Positions 57,278-62,999 of a stretch of 62,999 nt of DNA are shown here, one piece after another; positions within the stretch are counted from its first letter, which is position 1, and every line of letters begins with the position of its first letter. The stretch covers positions 1-62,999 of the forward strand of contig CAOJDP010000004.1 of NCBI GenBank assembly GCA_948433085.1, written 5' to 3'. The notes below the pieces were generated by a model. It did not search any database, had not been told where the DNA came from, and was given only the letters and a program-made list of their open reading frames with translations. Made by a program: the position numbers and the translations under genes. This DNA is from an uncultured Bacillales bacterium. Lineage in GTDB: Bacteria > Bacillota_I > Bacilli_A > RF39 > UBA660.

Positions 57278-58444
57278 ATGTCAATTAATACCAAAGCAGA
57301 CTTCGATGCAATTATCGAAAGAATCAAAAAACTAGTCGAAAATTATGAAAATAATGTAAATCATTATAACCAATATCAATTTTATATAGCAAATGGGGAC
57401 CGAATTTCTTTTGAAATTACACCACAATCAATCGCCCATTTACTTGGAATACGTTTAGATTTTCTTCGTGCAACAGGACTATTTAAAAATCAAAATAGTT
57501 ATAATTTACTAAAGGAATTTTTGGATAATTCTTATTCTGTCTATAGACAAGTGCAAGAAGGTCATTTAGCATATTCTACTATGTTTTCGGAATACTTAGA
57601 AGAAAAATTAGAAGCATTTGAGAAAATTATCTATTATTTCAATCCAATTGATATTGAATTTGTTTATAAATATGATAAAAGCAAAAGTTATCAATCAGGA
57701 GAGGAAGAAAATTATCCATGTGACTATTTCTTAGCTAGAAAATCAAAAAATGGTGATATGTATTTACTAGGATTAGTAAAACAAGGAAATCAATACAATC
57801 CAATGACTAACATTACCCTTGTAAAAGATGAAACACAAATATCAAAATTAAAACATTTACTTGTCAATCAAACATTAACATATGTAAATTCTATGCTAAT
57901 AGAAAATCCAATGACAAATTATAGGAACAATCCTCATATGATGATTACATTAAAATTAGAACAAACAAAAAAATTGAAAAGATATGCTGGATATACAAGT
58001 GGAGTTTCCATTGATACTTCAGCGGATTTTCAATATGCATTGAATGGATATCTATTAAAAGATAATAGAATAAATACTTACAAAGTCATGTGTCAACAAT
58101 TATTAAAGGCAATCAAAGAACATGAAATATTTGATATTGAACAAGTAGAAGAATCCATTAGAGAACAATTTGATGATAAAATGATTCATTTAATCCAAAC
58201 CTACAATGATACATTATACAAAGATAGTACCAATCTATCTGCACAAACTTCTTATACCAATTTATTAGAACAGTATAAGATACTTGCAATTCAAGTAGAG
58301 CAATTAAAAGAAAAGCTACACCAGTCAGAACAAGAAGTAATCGGTTATCAAGCACATATACAAACTTTACAAGCACAAGATGAATCCTATCAGTTATTTC
58401 AACAACAAATATTTGAAGTTGTCGAGAAACAAAAACAAAAGTAA
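57278..58444 (+). CDS. Hypothetical protein with a C-terminal Gln-rich coiled coil
   Basis: ~388 aa. The ATG at 57278 follows AAAGGA; the track start at 57260 lies inside the leader's T-run. No recognised domain. Confidence 0.6.
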   Translation: MSINTKADFDAIIERIKKLVENYENNVNHYNQYQFYIANGDRISFEITPQSIAHLLGIRLDFLRATGLFKNQNSYNLLKEFLDNSYSVYRQVQEGHLAYSTMFSEYLEEKLEAFEKIIYYFNPIDIEFVYKYDKSKSYQSGEEENYPCDYFLARKSKNGDMYLLGLVKQGNQYNPMTNITLVKDETQISKLKHLLVNQTLTYVNSMLIENPMTNYRNNPHMMITLKLEQTKKLKRYAGYTSGVSIDTSADFQYALNGYLLKDNRINTYKVMCQQLLKAIKEHEIFDIEQVEESIREQFDDKMIHLIQTYNDTLYKDSTNLSAQTSYTNLLEQYKILAIQVEQLKEKLHQSEQEVIGYQAHIQTLQAQDESYQLFQQQIFEVVEKQKQK

Positions 58445-58478
58445 TAGTAAAAAATTACTATTATTTTTAAATTAGTAC

Positions 58479-58850
58479 TTGACAATGCATAGTAGTATGT
58501 ATAAAATGGTAACGAGAGGTGATACTATCAACACACAATTTAAAAAGGGAGTTTTAGAATTGATCGTACTTTTATGTGTCAGTAAAAAAGACATGTATGG
58601 TTATGAATTAATCGAAGAAGTTTCTAAGGTAGTAGATGTCAATGATGGAACGATTTATCCCTTATTAAAAAGATTAACCAACGAAAAATATGCAGATACC
58701 TATTTAGAAGAATCGAAAGAAGGACCTCCTAGAAAGTACTATAAAATTACAGTACTTGGAAAAGAGAGGTTGAAAGAATTAATTGAAAGTTGGAGTGCTT
58801 TTGCAACCTCAGTCAATAAATTTATAAAGGAGAGTGGAACAAATGAATAA
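58479..58850 (+). CDS. PadR family transcriptional regulator
   Basis: KGVLELIVLLCVSKKDMYGYELIEEV......GTIYPLLKRLTNEKY......PPRKYYKIT..G is the PadR wHTH signature. The 5' end of the ORF overlaps a TTGACA-17-TAAAAT promoter, so the true start is probably downstream (GAGAGG RBS around 58512) and may be non-canonical. Confidence 0.82.
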   Translation: MTMHSSMYKMVTRGDTINTQFKKGVLELIVLLCVSKKDMYGYELIEEVSKVVDVNDGTIYPLLKRLTNEKYADTYLEESKEGPPRKYYKITVLGKERLKELIESWSAFATSVNKFIKESGTNE

Positions 58851-59502
58851 ACGTAAATTTTTACGTGAATTGGAAAAAAAGTTAGTGATTTTGAGTGATA
58901 CAGAAAAGGAAGATATTTTAAATGAATATCGTGATATCATTGAAGAGAAAATAAAACATGGAAAAACAGAAGAGGAAGCTGTGAAAGAATTTGGTAGCAT
59001 AGAAGAATTATCCAAAGAAATATTATCTGCATATAAAATCAATCCAGAGTATCAAGAACAAAAGAAAGATTCAAAAGACAAAACCAAAGATTTTGTAGAA
59101 AATACAGAAGATTTCATTAAAAAAAGTGCCAAAAAATTATCAGAAGTAACAGAAGATGTTGTAGAAAATTTGAAAGAATCTGATATCGAATTAACCACAG
59201 AAAAGATATTTGAAATTATTATCAAAGTACTTCTTGTATTATTAGGATTAGCCATTTTAAAATTACCATTTTATTTAGTAGGAGAATTAGGTGCTAGCAT
59301 TTTCAATATTGGTTTTGCACCATTTAATTGGATTGGTGAAGTATTGTGGAAAATAATTGTAGAAATAATTTACTTACTTGCTTGTGGTTTAGTACTATTT
59401 ACAATCGTTTCTAAGTATATAAAACCTGTAACACAAAAAAAGAAGTTCACAAAAGAAGAAACCAAAAAAAGTGCGACAGAATCTATAAGTAAAAAAAAAT
59501 AG
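58843..59502 (+). CDS. DUF1700-type membrane protein (PadR-associated)
   Basis: MNKRKFLRELEKKL..LSDTEKEDILNEYRDIIEEKIKHGKTEEEAVKEFGS.EELSKEIL is the DUF1700 N-terminus, followed by two TMs. The gene ends in an A9 run. ATG at 58843 after AAAGGAGAG. Confidence 0.75.
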   Translation: MNKRKFLRELEKKLVILSDTEKEDILNEYRDIIEEKIKHGKTEEEAVKEFGSIEELSKEILSAYKINPEYQEQKKDSKDKTKDFVENTEDFIKKSAKKLSEVTEDVVENLKESDIELTTEKIFEIIIKVLLVLLGLAILKLPFYLVGELGASIFNIGFAPFNWIGEVLWKIIVEIIYLLACGLVLFTIVSKYIKPVTQKKKFTKEETKKSATESISKKK

Positions 59503-59624
59503 AAAATGATGAATCTGGAAATATTTTAATTGTTCTTTTAAAAATTTGTATATGTATTTTATTCTTATTCCCACTATGGTGTATTAATTTTGGTTTACTA
59601 ATTGCAATTGCTTGTGTTTCATAT

Positions 59625-60200
59625 TTGTTATGGCAGGGAATTAACATTGTTGGTGTTTTGATTTTGCTTTTAGGAATGGTATTTATTGGCTTTGAATTCT
59701 GCAGTATGATTTATAGCTTCTTGTTTACCAAAAAAAATTATCATTTCAGTTCTATTGTAATTGGCTTTCTTATGATGTTATTGGGAGCTTCATTGACATT
59801 GGATTATATGAGTGATTTTACATATTATAATAATTTACCAACGCATTTGTTTCATCAAGGGACAATTCTATATGAAAAAGTTGTGGATTCTAAAATATAC
59901 GTAGCCGCTGATCAAACCGAAATCATCATAGATAATAGTTTAGAAGATTCTAAAATAAAAATAGAGGCAAGTTATTATAAAGATTACGTGACGATTGATC
60001 AAGAACAATACGAAGAAGAGGGCGTTACGTATATTTATTTTCATGTAGACTATGTGAAAAATTCATTTAATTGGAAACGTGATGTCCGAGATCTGCTAGT
60101 AAAACAATTAGAGAAAAAAGAAATATATAATTATAGTTTATTAAATGATGTAATGGTTAAAATTTATGTAAACGAAAATACTAGGAAATGGATTCAATAA
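59625..60200 (+). CDS. Membrane protein; the frame is open upstream to 59502 without a canonical start (see frameshift finding)
   Basis: TM-rich N-terminus followed by a soluble beta-rich C-terminal part. The TTG at 59625 has no RBS. The upstream 41 in-frame codons are also TM-like. Confidence 0.45.
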   Translation: MLWQGINIVGVLILLLGMVFIGFEFCSMIYSFLFTKKNYHFSSIVIGFLMMLLGASLTLDYMSDFTYYNNLPTHLFHQGTILYEKVVDSKIYVAADQTEIIIDNSLEDSKIKIEASYYKDYVTIDQEQYEEEGVTYIYFHVDYVKNSFNWKRDVRDLLVKQLEKKEIYNYSLLNDVMVKIYVNENTRKWIQ

Positions 60201-60413
60201 TAGATTGGGGATTGTAAGAATTCCTTTTTATGTTTCATAAAGTATTGTTTTGTGGATTATTTAAATAATTGATTAAGAATACTTGAAACAATAAAATTGA
60301 AATTACTGTAATAATATGTATAGTCTTAACGAATCAAGTTTGTAAAAAATAACATAATCATGTGAATTTGACAAATTTTCTATTTAATTTATAATGAATA
60401 CAGGGGGCGTTGA

Positions 60414-61055
60414 ATGAAAAAAAGTATAACAAAGTATGACATTCAAGAAATAGAAGGATATTATAAAATGAATCAAGATAATATTGAACAATTTGCAGAA
60501 TGTTCCGCACTTGCATATAAAGAGTATCCTTTATTTCAATACCTTACTAATGGAACTTATGATTATGCAGTAATCAAAACGATAATGTATGCTTCGATTT
60601 ATGCAATAAAGAATCAAGTAATTGGTTTTGCAAATGATAAAGAAGCAAATGCAATTGCTATTTTTGCACCACCATATTATACAGGATCTAAGACAATACC
60701 TTTCCTTTTGGGCGGAGGGATTAGACTTGGTTATATTGCACCACCATCCACCTTTTTAAGGTTATTAAATTATGAGAATTATGCCATGAAATTAAAAAAA
60801 CATTATACAAATCATAAATGTTGGTATTTATATAACATAACAGTTAAACCACAATTTCAAAATAATGGAAATTGCTCTAAAATATTGAATCCTATGTTTG
60901 AATATTTAGATAGAGTTGGACAAGATTGCTATCTTGAAACACATAAAGAAAGCAATGTGGAATTATATAAACATTTTAATTTTGAATTATTAGAAACAAG
61001 TAATATACCAAAAACAGATATAAAACATTATGCAATGATTAGAAAAGCAAAATAG
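60414..61055 (+). CDS. GNAT family N-acetyltransferase
   Basis: YLYNITVKPQFQNNGNCSKILNPMFEYLD..CYLET....N..LYKHFNFE resembles the acetyl-CoA binding motif A region. RBS AGGGGG. Confidence 0.65.
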   Translation: MKKSITKYDIQEIEGYYKMNQDNIEQFAECSALAYKEYPLFQYLTNGTYDYAVIKTIMYASIYAIKNQVIGFANDKEANAIAIFAPPYYTGSKTIPFLLGGGIRLGYIAPPSTFLRLLNYENYAMKLKKHYTNHKCWYLYNITVKPQFQNNGNCSKILNPMFEYLDRVGQDCYLETHKESNVELYKHFNFELLETSNIPKTDIKHYAMIRKAK

Positions 61056-61149
61056 AATAAAAAATCAAACATCATTTGTTTGACTTTGACGATCAAAAAC
61101 TATACAATATAAACAATTAAGCAAGTTGCTTAGAGAAGGGGGAAGAAAT

Positions 61150-62298
61150 ATGACAAAGGAAGATAGAGAGGAAATAAGACTAGCAGAAGCAGAAATCGCT
61201 TTTGAAAATTATAAAATTCAAAAAAGAGATATTATAGACCAAGGATTAAAATTACCAGGTATAAATAAGGCTAAGGTCTATTATCCGCTGACACAAACAT
61301 TATTAGGGGTCTTGACATTAGCAGATGGAGAACATCTACATTATTTAAATCAAAAAAAAGTTAAGACACCAAAAAGGAGACCAATTATATTTGCAAATAC
61401 ACATAAGTTTAAACCTGATATTGAAAAAATAACACTTTCATTAAATAAATCATCAGTTATGGTAGCTAGTGACTTTAAAAATGCGTATAAAACAAAAAAT
61501 GGTTGGTATTTGAATACTAGGCCAACAGTATATGTTGATCCATATTCTAAGACGGATAAAGCGTATACATATAAAATGATAGTGAGAACTTTAAAAGAAA
61601 GAAACAACTGCATGATCTTTCCTGAGGCAGTATGGAATTTCTCAGAAAATAAAATTATTTTAGATATTTATACTGGAACTGTTAGGGCTGCATTAGAAAG
61701 TAATGGTGTAATTGTAGGCACAGCAATAGAGAGATATGGGAAAGATTATGTAATTAATAGAAAGGGCTATTATGATCCCCAAATAACATTGAGAAAATAT
61801 ACGAATAAAAGTTTTGAAGAAATTAATTCAAATCCAAAGTATAAGGATTTAAGAAAACAAATAATTAAAGAATGTAATACTATATTGAGAGACGATTTAG
61901 CAACCTTAACTTATGAAATTTGGGAAGCACATGCACAAGAATTTGGATACACAGCAAGGGAAAGTATTCCTGAAGACTATTGGGAACAATTTATAAATGG
62001 GTTGATGGAGGAATGGCCTGGATATAAATTAAGTGATAACGTAGAACAGAGAGTACAAAATAAAGAGGATTTAAAACAGCAACAAGTACAGAATGAAATG
62101 AAACATATTAGAGAGAATTTAAATATGAAGAATTTGTTTTTATTCACAGAGCAAAATAGATATGAACGAGCAAAACAACTATTTCAAAATTATGAAAACG
62201 AAGAAGTATCTAGAATCAAGAGTCAAGGATATGAAGAAGTATCTAAGACTGGGAGTCAAGAATATGAAGAAGTATCTAAAATTAAAGTTTTAAAATAA
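61150..62298 (+). CDS. Lysophospholipid (PlsC-like) acyltransferase family protein with a C-terminal tandem-repeat tail
   Basis: HxxxxD motif (ANTHKFKPD) and a later FPEAVWN (FPEG-like) motif. The tail is ..EEVSRIKSQGYEEVSKTGSQEYEEVSKIK. ATG at 61150 after GGGGGAAG. Confidence 0.65.
   Translation: MTKEDREEIRLAEAEIAFENYKIQKRDIIDQGLKLPGINKAKVYYPLTQTLLGVLTLADGEHLHYLNQKKVKTPKRRPIIFANTHKFKPDIEKITLSLNKSSVMVASDFKNAYKTKNGWYLNTRPTVYVDPYSKTDKAYTYKMIVRTLKERNNCMIFPEAVWNFSENKIILDIYTGTVRAALESNGVIVGTAIERYGKDYVINRKGYYDPQITLRKYTNKSFEEINSNPKYKDLRKQIIKECNTILRDDLATLTYEIWEAHAQEFGYTARESIPEDYWEQFINGLMEEWPGYKLSDNVEQRVQNKEDLKQQQVQNEMKHIRENLNMKNLFLFTEQNRYERAKQLFQNYENEEVSRIKSQGYEEVSKTGSQEYEEVSKIKVLK
62199..62286 (+). 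repeat. 33-nt tandem repeat (2.7 copies) at the 3' end of the acyltransferase gene
   Basis: GAAGAAGTATCTARAMYHRRGAGTCAAGRATAT units begin at 62199, 62232 and 62265. Confidence 0.8.
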
Positions 62299-62326
62299 AC
62301 ATATGTAGTAAAAGGAGAGGTTGCAA

Positions 62327-62999
62327 TTGCCTAATTTATATTTGCCAGGAGTATCTATTTTATTAAGTTTCTTTTTAGTAATATTGTTTTTTTCGAGGAA
62401 AAGACAGAGTAATTTAGATACAAAAATTTTCCAAATTATGATTATTATACAATTATTAGAGTGTATAATAGAGACAGTTATCTATGTCATATGTTATACA
62501 CATAGTGATAGTATAGAACTTATAAAGTTTTTAAATAATTTTGTTTGCACGTTTTATATATTATGGGTATGGTTATTTTACCGCTATTTATTTCATATTT
62601 CCAATGGAATAAAAAATGAAAATAAAATTAAAATTTTGAAAAAAATTGAATATATTTTTAACGTCATTGTCATATTTATAGTATTTTTAAGTCCCGCTAG
62701 TATAATGAATGAAAATGGAATTATGTACTGCTATGGTATGAAACCAAGCATAACATATGTAGTATGTGCAATATGGGTTATATGTTCTATTATTGTAACT
62801 TTAACAAATATTAAAAATTTAAATAATAAAAAATATATACCATTGTGGACTTTATTTTTTTTAGCAGGCTTCATTTTTATTATCAGAATGTTAGATCCGA
62901 GTATAATCATAATTCCCTTTGCATTAACATTTATTAATTTAATCATGTACCACACAATTGAAAATCCGGATTTAAAAATGCTTGGACAATTAGAATTTG
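62327..62999 (+). CDS. Polytopic membrane protein, 5' partial (runs off the window); possibly the sensor N-terminus of a signalling protein
   Basis: The frame is open from the TTG at 62327 (after AAAGGAGAGG) to the window end and encodes about 6 hydrophobic helices. It is absent from the ORF track because no stop is reached. Confidence 0.5.
   Translation, partial: MPNLYLPGVSILLSFFLVILFFSRKRQSNLDTKIFQIMIIIQLLECIIETVIYVICYTHSDSIELIKFLNNFVCTFYILWVWLFYRYLFHISNGIKNENKIKILKKIEYIFNVIVIFIVFLSPASIMNENGIMYCYGMKPSITYVVCAIWVICSIIVTLTNIKNLNNKKYIPLWTLFFLAGFIFIIRMLDPSIIIIPFALTFINLIMYHTIENPDLKMLGQLEF

Overview
This is a strongly AT-rich chromosomal segment from a low-GC Firmicute. The organism looks like a spore-forming Erysipelotrichia/Clostridia-type bacterium: PolC, pro-sigma-K, a CotF-like coat protein and a short Mollicute-sized Smc are all present. 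The backbone is housekeeping: comN-secDF, rel-dtd, RNase J, smc, ldh, folD, a D,D-carboxypeptidase, hisS-aspS, prfA-prmC, polC, a MacB/FtsX-type ABC transporter, polA, serS, parC, yneF, sigK and a PadR module. Several accessory or unusual loci interrupt it.

1. The clearest finding: the T-box-controlled serS is split inside class-II motif 3 by a ~4.7-kb integrated element. Both junctions and an attP-like inverted repeat can be reconstructed. The element carries its own complete but T-box-less serS, a Rep-like gene followed by iterons, an AlbA_2/Schlafen-like gene, and only the C-terminal remnant of a large serine recombinase.
2. A ~75-nt conserved leader occurs twice. It has a shared 25-nt box followed by a G-run/C-run terminator. 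One copy precedes a prepilin-signal/RCC1-propeller fusion gene; the other precedes an unknown gene divergent from sigK.
3. A translationally coupled Nudix / PUA-like-HNH / DUF1653 cassette sits between long non-coding flanks.
4. A DUF3800 gene lies next to a helicase-IV-like protein with an embedded nuclease-like module. A promoter- and terminator-bounded minus-strand sRNA candidate lies between them.
5. A lone tRNA-Gln(CUG) is followed by a HipA-like kinase-fold gene and a SpoVK/CbxX AAA+ gene whose Walker A lysine is glutamine.
6. An A9 slippery tract separates two membrane-protein ORFs.

I saw no rRNA genes and no CRISPR array. All calls are from reading the sequence and from motif memory; no database searches were run.
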